Source of the DNA: Acidobacteriota bacterium | GTDB taxonomy: Bacteria; Acidobacteriota; Polarisedimenticolia; JACPZX01 | Assembly (NCBI GenBank): GCA_016195325.1 | Contig: JACPZX010000067.1 | Span: 15,559-79,558 of the forward strand | Length of the DNA: 64,000 bases | Direction: 5' to 3' | Translations under genes and position numbers: made by a program | The notes under the pieces: model-generated | Told to the model about the DNA's origin: nothing | The model's input: the letters and a program-made list of their open reading frames with translations, nothing else | The model's database searches: none | Shown here: piece after piece, positions 29,535 to 38,607 of the stretch | How the letters are laid out: every line of letters starts with the position of its first letter | How positions within the stretch are numbered: the first letter of the stretch is position 1

Positions 29535-30560
29535 CTATTGGGGGGGAGTCACCAGGTACAGCCGGTGGATCAGATCGACGCCCATGTGGGTGAGGATGCC
29601 GCCCATGAGGTTGCCGGTCTTGAGGTAGCACCAGGCGTAGCAGAAGCCGGCGTACGTGGCGAGGACGACGTAGCGCATGTCGCCGTACGGAAAGTTGTTC
29701 AGGTGCGACAGGCCGAAGATGACCGATGAGGCGACGAGGGCCGGGTACGGGCCGTAGCGCCCCATCGTCCACTTCTGGAGGAGGTTGAAGATCACGCCGC
29801 GGAAGAGGATCTCCTCGGGGAGGGCGATGAAGAGCCCGATCGCCATCCCGCGAAAGACGATCCCGGTCCACGACACCCCCTTCGGCTCCCACACGACGAA
29901 ACCGGTGGCGATGCCGATGGGTATCGCGACGATCAGGAACGCCGACAGCGCAACGATCGCCGCCCCGAAGTCCTCGAAGCGGAACCTCCACCGATATCCG
30001 AGCCCCTCGAGCGGCCGGATGGCGACGTAACCCATCAGGAGCACCGAGAGGGAGAGGGTCTTGCCGATCAGATAGGAAGGATCCGCCGGGCCGTGCGACC
30101 AGAGGCCGTGGAGGAACCCGAGCTCGACCGGAAGCCACGCGCAGAGGACCGCGAGGACGTCGACCGCGTTCGGGGGCGGGCCGACGCGATCCGCCCATCT
30201 CAGGAATCCGGCGAGCGCCGCGCCGTAGAGGATGAGCCCGACGGCGGCCATCCACGACGCGGAGATGCCGCGGATGGAGACGAGCGCGACGATGGGAGGG
30301 AGGGTGACCGTGGCGAGGAGGAGCGCCGCCCCCACGGGCCCGGCGAGCCCGAGCTTCCGGTACATCGCGCCGATCTCGGGGTAGCCGCACCCCACGTAGG
30401 GGATGAGGAGGAGGATGAACGCGGTGTAGGGGGCCGCGATCTCCCCCGGGGAGATCGACCTCTCGAAGAGGTACCGCGCCGCCGCTCCGGCGACGACGAG
30501 GATGAAGATCCCGAGAGAGAGGATGGACCGCGCGCTCGGCGTGGCCGGCGGCGGCGTCAA
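29535..30560 (-). CDS. CPBP (CAAX/Abi) intramembrane metalloprotease
   Basis: PEEILFRG, IFGLSH, GNLMGGILTH; TTGA overlap start. Confidence 0.88.
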   Translation of the reverse strand: MTPPPATPSARSILSLGIFILVVAGAAARYLFERSISPGEIAAPYTAFILLLIPYVGCGYPEIGAMYRKLGLAGPVGAALLLATVTLPPIVALVSIRGISASWMAAVGLILYGAALAGFLRWADRVGPPPNAVDVLAVLCAWLPVELGFLHGLWSHGPADPSYLIGKTLSLSVLLMGYVAIRPLEGLGYRWRFRFEDFGAAIVALSAFLIVAIPIGIATGFVVWEPKGVSWTGIVFRGMAIGLFIALPEEILFRGVIFNLLQKWTMGRYGPYPALVASSVIFGLSHLNNFPYGDMRYVVLATYAGFCYAWCYLKTGNLMGGILTHMGVDLIHRLYLVTPPQ

Positions 30561-31798
30561 CGGAGACGGATCTCCGCGGCCGATCGGGACGCCATCGCGG
30601 CGACACGGTCCGCCGCGTCTCCCCCTTCCGCGAGGAGGACGACCGTCCCCTTCACGCGAAGCTCGGCCGGGCCACGCGCCGTGTTCCTGGCGCCCAGCCA
30701 TCTCCTCGCCGCCGCGGCGAACTCCTCGGCGTCCTCTGCGGTGTCCCAGACGCTCACCCAGTTAAGATGTGCGGCGCCTCCCGCGCGCGCCAGCGCGAAC
30801 CGGTCGCCGTCCCATCCGGCCGCCGCCGCGGACCCGGGCGCCCCCCCTCCGAGGAGGAACCGGATCGCGAACTCCCCCATCGATCCCGACTTCACGACCT
30901 CGGCCCCGCGGGGGAGGCCGGCGCTCGCGAGCGACTCGTCGATCGACGACGGGACGTCGCGCGGCGCGATCGACTTCGCGGGGTGGAGGATCTGCTCGCT
31001 CGATTCGGGAGGCTCCTTGAAGTACGCGTCGAGGGCCCGAAGCCCTCCCCCCTGCTTCATGATCTCGGCGGCCCAGGTCATTCCCGACACGTAAGGGAAC
31101 ATCAGGAGATCGCGGAGGAAGGGGGGCGCCTCGTCCAGACCCTTCGACGAGGCCTTCATCGCCGCCTCGCCGTCCGCCCCGCCGAGGGCGGCGACGTCGG
31201 GGTCTCTGGCGTGCTCCATCGCCCACAGCGTCATGACCATCGTCGCCTCCCCTTCCACCAGGGAGGAGAGGGCGAGCGCGCGATCGTCGTCGTCCCTCAC
31301 CCCCCTCTCGAGGGCGTCCAGATCGAAGGCCTGATCCATCAGGGCGTGCGCCAGCTCGTGCGCGAGGGGAACGGCCCCCGAGAGCGGCCCCTCGACGACG
31401 TAGAGGGTGCGGGTGGGCGGGTCGTAGAGGCCGGCGACCTGCGCCTCCATCAGGTTCAGATAGATCGCCTCGAGGTCCTGGTCCGGCCCGAGGAGCCCGA
31501 AGTACCGGAGCGACTCCTGCTCGTCGACGAGCCGGTGGCCGGGGTACTCGTCGTGCAGAAGATCCCGCACGTACGCCCGCGCCCCTGCGTGGGTCAGCGC
31601 GGCGGTCGTGACGTCGCGCTCGAACGGGATACCGCGAAGCTTCGCGAGAGACGACTCGATCGCGACGAGCGCGCTCCCGAGAGCCGGGTCGAGGGGCCCG
31701 CCACGCCGGGCGGTCTCCCCCCCGCGCGCGACGGGAATCGTCGCCGCGCCCGCCGCGAGAATCGCGAGAATGGCGGCGATTGCCCGGGGCCGCCTCAT
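30557..31798 (-). CDS. Exported putative zinc metallopeptidase (HExxH)
   Basis: Signal peptide, VAGLYDP, AHELAHALMDQ, LVEGEAT, FPY..G, PESSEQILHP, AAAGWDGD. Confidence 0.75.
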   Translation of the reverse strand: MRRPRAIAAILAILAAGAATIPVARGGETARRGGPLDPALGSALVAIESSLAKLRGIPFERDVTTAALTHAGARAYVRDLLHDEYPGHRLVDEQESLRYFGLLGPDQDLEAIYLNLMEAQVAGLYDPPTRTLYVVEGPLSGAVPLAHELAHALMDQAFDLDALERGVRDDDDRALALSSLVEGEATMVMTLWAMEHARDPDVAALGGADGEAAMKASSKGLDEAPPFLRDLLMFPYVSGMTWAAEIMKQGGGLRALDAYFKEPPESSEQILHPAKSIAPRDVPSSIDESLASAGLPRGAEVVKSGSMGEFAIRFLLGGGAPGSAAAAGWDGDRFALARAGGAAHLNWVSVWDTAEDAEEFAAAARRWLGARNTARGPAELRVKGTVVLLAEGGDAADRVAAMASRSAAEIRLR

Positions 31799-32820
31799 GC
31801 GCCGCGCTTCACGATCCGGCGCCACCGCTCGACCGCGCGCGCGTGCTCCTCGAGGGTTTCCGAGAAGTGGTGGCCGCCGCTCCCGTCCGCGACGAAGTAG
31901 CGGGCGCGCGAGTCGGCCGGATGGAGCGCGGCCTCGAGCGACGCGCGTCCCGGCGATGCGATGGGGCCCGGCGGGAGCCCCGGGGAGACGTAGGTGTTGT
32001 ACGGGGAGGCGAACGAGAGATCGGACGTCGTGAGCGTTCCGCGGTAGCGCCCCGACGAAACGAGGGCGTAGATGACCGTGGGATCGCACTGGAGGAGCAT
32101 CCCGGCGCGAAGCCGGTTGTGGAAGACCGCGGACACGAGCCCGCGCTCCGCCGGGAGCGACGTCTCTTTCTCGATGAGCGAGGCGAGCGTGACGGCCTGT
32201 CTCACCGTCATCCCGAGCTCCCCCGCGCGCGCGCGCATCGACGCGTCGAACGCCCCCTTGAACCGCCCCACCATCTCGGCGACGATGCGCGAGGCCGGCG
32301 TGCCGCGCGCGAACCGGTACGTCTCCGGGAAGAGATACCCCTCGAGGTCCGCGGCCTTCGGATCGAGATCCCGGATCGCCGCCGGGTCGCGGAGCGCGGC
32401 CTCAAGGTCCCGCACCGACGCGAGGCGCGCTTCGGCGACGCGCGCGAGAGCCTCGGCGCCGGTGAGCCCCTCCGGGATCGTCACGCGGTGGAGCAGGACG
32501 TCGCCGCGCACGAGCCGGTCGATCACCTGAGAGGTCGTCTGCGGGCGATCGAAGAGGTACTCGCCGGCCTGGAGCTTCGAGGAGACGCCGTGCCAGCGCG
32601 CGAGCCAGCGGAAGGTCAGCGGGCTGCGGATGACCCGCGCGTCGCCGAGAGCGGAGGCGACGCTCGCGGGGGACGAGCCCGCAGGGATCACGACGATCGC
32701 CGAGCCCCCCTGGTAGCCGGCGTACTGGGTGTCGAACCTCGCGAAGGCGCCGCCCAGCGCCCACGCGGCCACGCCGATGAGGAGGACGAAGAGGAGCTGC
32801 TCGCGGCGGCTGAGCTTCAT
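31795..32820 (-). CDS. mltG: Endolytic transglycosylase
   Basis: LQAGEY, VTIPEG, LEGYLFPETY, ASLIEKET, LQCDPT, SPYNTY..GLPPGPI. Confidence 0.95.
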   Translation of the reverse strand: MKLSRREQLLFVLLIGVAAWALGGAFARFDTQYAGYQGGSAIVVIPAGSSPASVASALGDARVIRSPLTFRWLARWHGVSSKLQAGEYLFDRPQTTSQVIDRLVRGDVLLHRVTIPEGLTGAEALARVAEARLASVRDLEAALRDPAAIRDLDPKAADLEGYLFPETYRFARGTPASRIVAEMVGRFKGAFDASMRARAGELGMTVRQAVTLASLIEKETSLPAERGLVSAVFHNRLRAGMLLQCDPTVIYALVSSGRYRGTLTTSDLSFASPYNTYVSPGLPPGPIASPGRASLEAALHPADSRARYFVADGSGGHHFSETLEEHARAVERWRRIVKRGA

Positions 32821-33293
32821 CCCCCTCCCTCCTCGGGATCGCGCGCGTCCCGGGACGCGACGGGGGGCGCGGGCGAGGGCGGCGCCCCCGCGTCGAGATA
32901 CCCCTGGAGGAGGACGGCCGCCGCCACCTGATCGACGATCTCGCGGCGCCGCTCGCGGCGCACCCCCGACTCGATGAGCGAGCGCTCGGCCGCGGCCGTG
33001 GTCAATCGCTCGTCCCAGGTGATGACGGGAAGCCCCGTCGCGACGCGGATCGCCTCGGCGAGACGGCGCGCGTCGACGCTCGACGCCTGCTCGCCTCCGG
33101 CCATGGAGAGGGGAAGGCCCACGACGATGCGATCGACGCCGGACTCGCGCGCGAGGTCGCGGATCGCCTCGGCCGTCCCGCGATCCCCGCGGCGCGGGAT
33201 GGTGGCGGCGGGGCGCGCCATCACGCCGAGCTCGTCCGAGAGAGCGATCCCGACGCGGACCGTGCCGGCGTCCACGCCCATCAGGCGACCCAT
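32817..33293 (-). CDS. ruvX: RuvX/YqgF pre-16S rRNA nuclease
   Basis: GVDAGTVRVGIALSD, VVGLPL, WDERLTT, VDQVAAAVLLQ. Confidence 0.93.
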   Translation of the reverse strand: MGRLMGVDAGTVRVGIALSDELGVMARPAATIPRRGDRGTAEAIRDLARESGVDRIVVGLPLSMAGGEQASSVDARRLAEAIRVATGLPVITWDERLTTAAAERSLIESGVRRERRREIVDQVAAAVLLQGYLDAGAPPSPAPPVASRDARDPEEGGG

Positions 33294-33349
33294 GCGGCGC
33301 ACTATAGGCCAGCCGCGCGCGGATGTGGGCGGGATAGTGAAGGGCGATC

Positions 33350-34822
33350 TCAGTGCTTGATCTGCTCCCAGTACTTGTAGAAGGAGAACTCGGGCGAGTT
33401 CTCGCGCGTGTGGCAGGCGTAACAGACGCGCGGGGCGACGCGCCCGTACCCCTGCCTCGAAGTGTCCTGGATGTGCGCGCCGGCGATGCCGTGGCACGCC
33501 TCGCACTGGACGTTGGCGAGGGCGGGGGTGGCCGTGTTCGTCTGGAATCCTTCGGCGGTGCCGTAGCCCGTCACGTGGCACTTCACGCACTCGGGGTTGA
33601 AGTCCTGCGTGGCCTTCACGAGCGTCTGCATGGCGCTCGCGTGACGGCTCTCCGTCCACACTCGATAGGCGTCGTGGTGACAGTCCTTGCAGGCGGCGGT
33701 GCCGAGGTACTTGCGGGCCGCCGTCGGCGACTCGGGGGGCGGAAGCGCCAGCCGCGCCGACGCGGCCGACGGGGCCGGCGCGCTCGCCGCGGCCGCGTTC
33801 CTCATGGCGTCGTTCACGCGCACGAGCGTCGACTGGACCATCTCCTGGAGCTTCGGCTCCTCGGGGAAGCGCTTCGTGAGGTGAATGACGCTCGCCCGGA
33901 GCTGCTTGATCTTCGTGCCGTCGAGGTAGACGCGGATCTCTCCGAGCCGCTTCCCCTCGTTCCCCGGGTAGAAGACCTTGATGCCGCCGATCTCCTCGAT
34001 CTCGGTCATCGTCAGGCGATCGCCGAACCCCGCCGCCGCGATCTGGATGCTCCCCCCCGCGGCCTGGGCCACCCTGAGGAGATCCTGCGGGCTCAGATTG
34101 GCGAGGAGGACGACGAGATCCGCCTTTCCGTTCAGCTCGGCCGTGAAGCGCCGGGCCTGATCGGCCGGGTCGCGGCTGACGACGATCCGGCCGTCCGTCG
34201 CCGTGCGGGCGAGGAGCGAGTTGTACTGCGAGAGGGCGAGGAAGGCGACGCGGATCGATTTCCCGGACGGCAGATCGAAGGACTTCACGACGTACGGAGG
34301 AAGGAATGTCCTCTCGCTCCCGCGCATCGTGTACGTGGCGCTGATCGCCGGGAACGGGGCCTTCCCGAAGAGATCCGCGTAGGCGTCGAGGCCGCCGGCC
34401 AGCTCGCTGTCGCCGATGCCGACGACGTCGTAGTTCATCCGGGTGAGGCCGTCGACGTAGGCTCCCGTCTTGATCTTCCCCGCCTCGTCGAAGGTCGACG
34501 CGAAATCGCCGAGCTCCATCATGACGACGCGCGACTGCGGAAAGGTCTTCTTGAGAAGGTCTATGTAGCCGGCCCGACGGGCCAGTCCCCCCGCGGGGTT
34601 GTGCGGTCACCCACAGGGCTCGATGTACCCGGCGACCTTCGCCGTGAACTCAAGGATGAGGTCGGGGGTGTCCCCGGGAATGACGAGCGGCCCTTCATCG
34701 GCGCCGAGGAGCACGGGCTGCGCGGGCTGTGAGGGCTGGGTCGAGGGGTCCTGGGCCGAGGCGGCGGTCACCGCGAGGAAGAGCGCGACGACGGCGAGCG
34801 TGAGGACGAGTCTGCGCATCAT
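33350..34822 (-). CDS. Putative selenoprotein: signal peptide + UshA-like (CxU) domain + tetraheme cytochrome c domain; Sec at UGA 34607-34609
   Basis: Continuous frame across TGA: MMRRLVLTLAVV...VAGYIEPCG-U-PHNPAGGLARRAGYI...ELGDF; C-terminal CKDCH, CVKCH, CEACH, CYACH. Confidence 0.85.
34569..34585 (-). promoter_or_regulatory. Candidate bacterial SECIS hairpin
   Basis: CUGGCCC-GUC-GGGCCGG starting 22 nt after the UGA, GU at the apical loop. Confidence 0.65.
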
Positions 34823-34831
34823 GGAGGCGTG

Positions 34832-34860
34832 ATTATAGGAACGCGCCGCCTGGGGCGCAA
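34832..34860 (-). promoter_or_regulatory. Sigma70 promoter of the selenoprotein gene
   Basis: TTGCGC-N17-TATAAT, ATG 9 nt downstream, no RBS seen. Confidence 0.65.
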
Positions 34861-34898
34861 ACGCGGCGGCCGCCGAGGCCTGTGTTAGGCTCGGCGCC

Positions 34899-35486
34899 GT
34901 GCGCCCCGACGCCCGCATCATCCTCGCCTCCCGCTCTCCGCGCCGGAAGGATCTTCTGCGGGTGATCGTCTCCCGCTTCGCCGTCCGCCCCGCGCACGTC
35001 GACGAGACGCCGCTCCCCCACGAGACGCCCGAGTCGCTCGCGACGCGCCTCGCGAAGGACAAGGCCCTCGCCATCGCCCGCGCCCTGAATCCCGGCCTCG
35101 CCCGCTCCCGCGCCGTCGTGATCGGCTCCGACACGATCGTCGCGCTCGGCGACCTCGTCCTGGGAAAGCCCGGGGACGATTCCGAAGCCCGGCGCATGCT
35201 GAGGCTTCTCTCGGGACGGACGCACCGCGTCGTCACCGGCGTGGCGGTGTGGTCCGGCGCGGAGAGGAAGGTCCGGGCCGGACGGCGCGTGACGCGCGTC
35301 GTCTTCCGCAAGCTTTCGGCGGCCGAGATCCGCGACTACGTCGCGACCGGGGAGCCGGCCGACGCCGCCGGCGCCTACCAGATCCAGGGAGGCGCGGCCC
35401 GCTTCGTCCTCCGCGTCGACGGATCGTACTCGAACGTCGTCGGGCTCCCGCTCGATCTCACGGCGCGGCTCCTCGCGCGGTCTTGA
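34899..35486 (+). CDS. maf: Maf-family nucleoside triphosphate pyrophosphatase
   Basis: IILASRSPRR, VDET, GSDTIV, LGKP, LSGRTH, AGAYQIQG, SNVVGLP. Confidence 0.93.
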   Translation: MRPDARIILASRSPRRKDLLRVIVSRFAVRPAHVDETPLPHETPESLATRLAKDKALAIARALNPGLARSRAVVIGSDTIVALGDLVLGKPGDDSEARRMLRLLSGRTHRVVTGVAVWSGAERKVRAGRRVTRVVFRKLSAAEIRDYVATGEPADAAGAYQIQGGAARFVLRVDGSYSNVVGLPLDLTARLLARS

Positions 35487-35552
35487 CTCGCCCCGGGCCG
35501 AATGCTCTTCTGACCGCGCCTTGAACGCCCTGGGGACCCTGGAGGCCCGCGC

Positions 35553-37055
35553 ATGGCGAAGAGCAACCTGTTCGCGACCAAGCCCCTGAAGATGATCCTC
35601 GCCGAGATGGAGGGGGGCCAGCGCCTCCGCCGCGTCCTCGGGCCCGTCACGCTGACGGCCCTCGGGATCGGCGCCATCATCGGCGCCGGCATCTTCGTGA
35701 CGACCGGCGCGATCGCGAAGGAGACGGCCGGACCCGCGCTGATGCTCTCGTACGTGACCGCCGGATGCGTCTGCATCTTCGCGGCCCTGTGCTACGCCGA
35801 GTTCGCCTCGATGGTGCCCGTCGCGGGATCGGCCTACACCTACGCCTACGCGACGCTCGGCGAGCTCTTCGCCTGGATCATCGGCTGGGACCTCGTCCTC
35901 GAGTACGCGGTCGGCGCCGCCACGGTCGCGAACGGCTGGTCGGGGTATTTCCAATCGGTCCTGGGGATCTTCGGCATCAAGATCCCGCACGCGGTCGCCG
36001 GCCCGATGTGGAACTACGACCCTTCGATCGGGCACTTCGTGTCGACCGGCTCGTGGATCAATTTACCGGCGGTCCTGATCGTCGCCGCGATGACGATCGT
36101 CCTGGTGGTGGGGATCAAGGAGAGCGCGAACTTCAACGCGGTGATGGTCTTCATCAAGCTCTTCTGCGTCCTCTTCGTCATCGGCGTGGGCGCCTTCTTC
36201 GTCAAGCCCGAGAACTGGCATCCCTTCGCCCCCTACGGATTCACGGGCCTCAAGCTCTTCGGCCACGTCTTCGGCCAGGCCGACGCGGGCGGAAAGCCGA
36301 TGGGAATGCTCGCGGGGGCGGCCCTCGCCTTCTTCGCCTACATCGGCTTCGACGCCGTCTCGACGCAGGCCGAAGAAGCCAAGAAGCCCCAGCGCGACGT
36401 GCCGATCGCCATCATCGCGTCGCTCCTCATCTGCACCGTCCTCTACATCGCCGTGGTCGCCGTGATGACGGGGATGGTCAATTACAAAGACCTCGACATC
36501 AGCGCGCCGATCGCCGACGCCTTCGCGAAGGTGAACCTCCCGTGGGCGCAGTTCCTGATCGCGGTCGGGGGGGTCGCGGGGATAAGCTCGGTGCTCCTCG
36601 TCATGATGCTGAGCCAGCCGCGCATCCTCCTCGCGATGTCGCGCGACGGGCTGCTGCCGAAGGGGTTCTTCGCCGCCGTCCACCCGAAGTTCCTCACGCC
36701 GTGGAAATCCTCGATCCTCACAGGGCTCTTCGTCGGGTCTTTGTCGGCGTTCCTTCCGATCGACGTGCTGCTGATGCTCGTCAACATGGGGACGCTCCTC
36801 GCGTTCATGATCGTCTGCGCTGCGGTGCTGATCATGCGGCGGACGCACCCCGAGGCGGAGCGGCCGTTCCGGGCTCCTCTCGTCCCCTTCGTGCCCGTCA
36901 TGGGGATCCTGAGCTGCTTTCTCCTGATGGTCTCGCTGCCGTCCGAGAACTGGCTGCGACTCTTCGTGTGGCTGGGGCTGGGGCTGATGATCTACTTCGG
37001 CTACGGCAGGCACCACAGCGTGCTGGCGGTGGGAAGGGCGGCGGGGAAGAAGTAG
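35553..37055 (+). CDS. APC-family (cationic amino acid type) permease
   Basis: GIGAIIGAGIF, CYAEFASMVPVAGSAYTY, FFAYIGFD, MSRDGLLP. Confidence 0.95.
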   Translation: MAKSNLFATKPLKMILAEMEGGQRLRRVLGPVTLTALGIGAIIGAGIFVTTGAIAKETAGPALMLSYVTAGCVCIFAALCYAEFASMVPVAGSAYTYAYATLGELFAWIIGWDLVLEYAVGAATVANGWSGYFQSVLGIFGIKIPHAVAGPMWNYDPSIGHFVSTGSWINLPAVLIVAAMTIVLVVGIKESANFNAVMVFIKLFCVLFVIGVGAFFVKPENWHPFAPYGFTGLKLFGHVFGQADAGGKPMGMLAGAALAFFAYIGFDAVSTQAEEAKKPQRDVPIAIIASLLICTVLYIAVVAVMTGMVNYKDLDISAPIADAFAKVNLPWAQFLIAVGGVAGISSVLLVMMLSQPRILLAMSRDGLLPKGFFAAVHPKFLTPWKSSILTGLFVGSLSAFLPIDVLLMLVNMGTLLAFMIVCAAVLIMRRTHPEAERPFRAPLVPFVPVMGILSCFLLMVSLPSENWLRLFVWLGLGLMIYFGYGRHHSVLAVGRAAGKK

Positions 37056-37070
37056 ATCGGCCGGACTCTT

Positions 37071-37823
37071 CTACTCCTCGAACGCCTTCCGCAGCTCCCG
37101 CAGCTCGGGTGCGTTGAGGTCGGAGACGGCCGAGTAGAGCATCCCCGCGCGGCTCCAGCGCAGCAGGTTGTAGCCGCGGAGGCTCGTCTCCACACCCCTC
37201 GCCCCTTCCCCGCCGGCCGACGGCCAGATGAAAAGATTGATGACGTGCTTGCGCCGCCCGTAGACGAGGGCCGCCACAGGCCTGCCGTCCAGGTAATCCA
37301 GCCTCCCGCCGATCAGCGTGAACCCCACTCCCGAAAGACCCCGGACATCCGGCGAGAAGTCGATCCGACCGGCGAAGGCCGGCTTGACGGTGTGCTGATC
37401 GGAGGAGGGGAAATCCATCAGGTGGTTCCCCATCAGTGATCGGAGGTGGGCCGAGACGATCTCCTGGTTCAGGAGATCTCCCGGCGAGGGGGTTTTCGAG
37501 AGCGCCACCAGGGCCCAGGTCAGGATCGCCAGCGGCGCGACGGAAGCCGCGACAGCGGCCCACCGCCAGGAAGGAAGCCACCCCGTGGCGCGTCCCTTCG
37601 CCTCCTTCCGCACCGCCGACCGGACGCGCGCGGCGAGGCGTGGGGGGACGTCGTAGTGGAGGGAGGCGCCGGCGAGGGCGGATCGCAGGGCCCGGTGTCT
37701 CTCGAGCACCGCCGCGCACGCCTCGCAGCCGGCGAGGTGCCGCTCGATCTCGAGGCTCGATCCGAGATCGAGCTCGCCGTCCCCGTACGCCTCGATGAGG
37801 TCTTTCGTCTTCGGGCAGGCCAC
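37071..37823 (-). CDS. Membrane-anchored anti-sigma factor (zf-HC2)
   Basis: YGDGEL, HLAGCEAC, TM, SSDQHTVKP, GGRLDYLDG, AVSDLN. Confidence 0.9.
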   Translation of the reverse strand: MACPKTKDLIEAYGDGELDLGSSLEIERHLAGCEACAAVLERHRALRSALAGASLHYDVPPRLAARVRSAVRKEAKGRATGWLPSWRWAAVAASVAPLAILTWALVALSKTPSPGDLLNQEIVSAHLRSLMGNHLMDFPSSDQHTVKPAFAGRIDFSPDVRGLSGVGFTLIGGRLDYLDGRPVAALVYGRRKHVINLFIWPSAGGEGARGVETSLRGYNLLRWSRAGMLYSAVSDLNAPELRELRKAFEE

Positions 37824-37824
37824 C

Positions 37825-38454
37825 TCAATCCTCCTTCGAACCGCGATCGGTAAGGATCTGCCGCAGCCTCTGCCGGGCGCGGGCCAGGCGCGACATGACG
37901 GTGCCGATCGGCAGGCCGCTGACGTCGGCGATCTCCTTGTAGCTCAGCCCCTCGAGCTCCCGGAGGACCAGCGCCTCGCGGAACTCGACGGGAAGGCTCT
38001 CGAGCGCCGCGAAGAGCTCCTGCCGCGTCGCGCGCCGGAGCAGCTCGAGTTCGGGGCCCGGGCCGGCGTCCTCGACGTCGTGAAGGTTCGCGTCGAAAGC
38101 GGTGGTCAGCTCCTCCCCCCGCGATCTCTCGAGCCAGGAGTACCCGGTGTTCCGGACGATGGTCAGGAACCAGGCCTTGCTGTTGCCGCCCCGGAATCCG
38201 CCGAAGAATCGGACGGCGCGGACGTAGGCCTCCTGGACCACGTCCTCGGCATCCTGATCGCTCCGGGTCAGCCAGCGCGCGAGGTTGTAGGCGGCGCTCA
38301 TGTGGGGCAGGAGCGTGCGCTCGAACCGTTCCAGCTCGGTCGGGTCCATGGAGCGATGGGACCTCGCATCCGGCTCGGCGTGCGCCTGGGTCCGTGAGGG
38401 ACGCGGCGCCCGTCGGGCGGGCGGAAACGGTATCACACGCCGGGCGGGTCCCAT
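37825..38454 (-). CDS. ECF sigma factor
   Basis: AYNLARWL, DAEDVVQEAY, WFLTIVRN, LSYKEIA, GTVMSRLARAR; alternative start 38349. Confidence 0.93.
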   Translation of the reverse strand: MGPARRVIPFPPARRAPRPSRTQAHAEPDARSHRSMDPTELERFERTLLPHMSAAYNLARWLTRSDQDAEDVVQEAYVRAVRFFGGFRGGNSKAWFLTIVRNTGYSWLERSRGEELTTAFDANLHDVEDAGPGPELELLRRATRQELFAALESLPVEFREALVLRELEGLSYKEIADVSGLPIGTVMSRLARARQRLRQILTDRGSKED

Positions 38455-38485
38455 CCTGTCGATTCCTCGCTCCTCTCCTCCAGGT

Positions 38486-38513
38486 AAGACCGCCGATCGC
38501 GGTTCGTTATTCC
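38486..38513 (-). promoter_or_regulatory. Candidate autoregulated ECF promoter
   Basis: GGAATAA-N16-GTCTT. Confidence 0.6.
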
Positions 38514-38538
38514 CGGAGTTGCGTCGGGAGCGGGCCCG

Positions 38539-38566
38539 GGATTAAACGCGAGGCGATCCCGGTCCT
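38539..38566 (+). promoter_or_regulatory. Candidate ECF promoter of DoxX-cupredoxin gene
   Basis: GGATTAA-N16-GTCCT, mirror of the 38486-38513 motif. Confidence 0.55.
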
Positions 38567-38607
38567 TGCGGGTGTGTCCCGTAACCACACTCCATGGAGG
38601 TGCTCAG

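Noticed and set aside
34522..34822. Two separate genes, or a pseudogene, at the cytochrome locus
   Set aside because: Single in-frame TGA in a CxU context, SECIS-like hairpin, intact downstream frame and need for the signal peptide favour recoding
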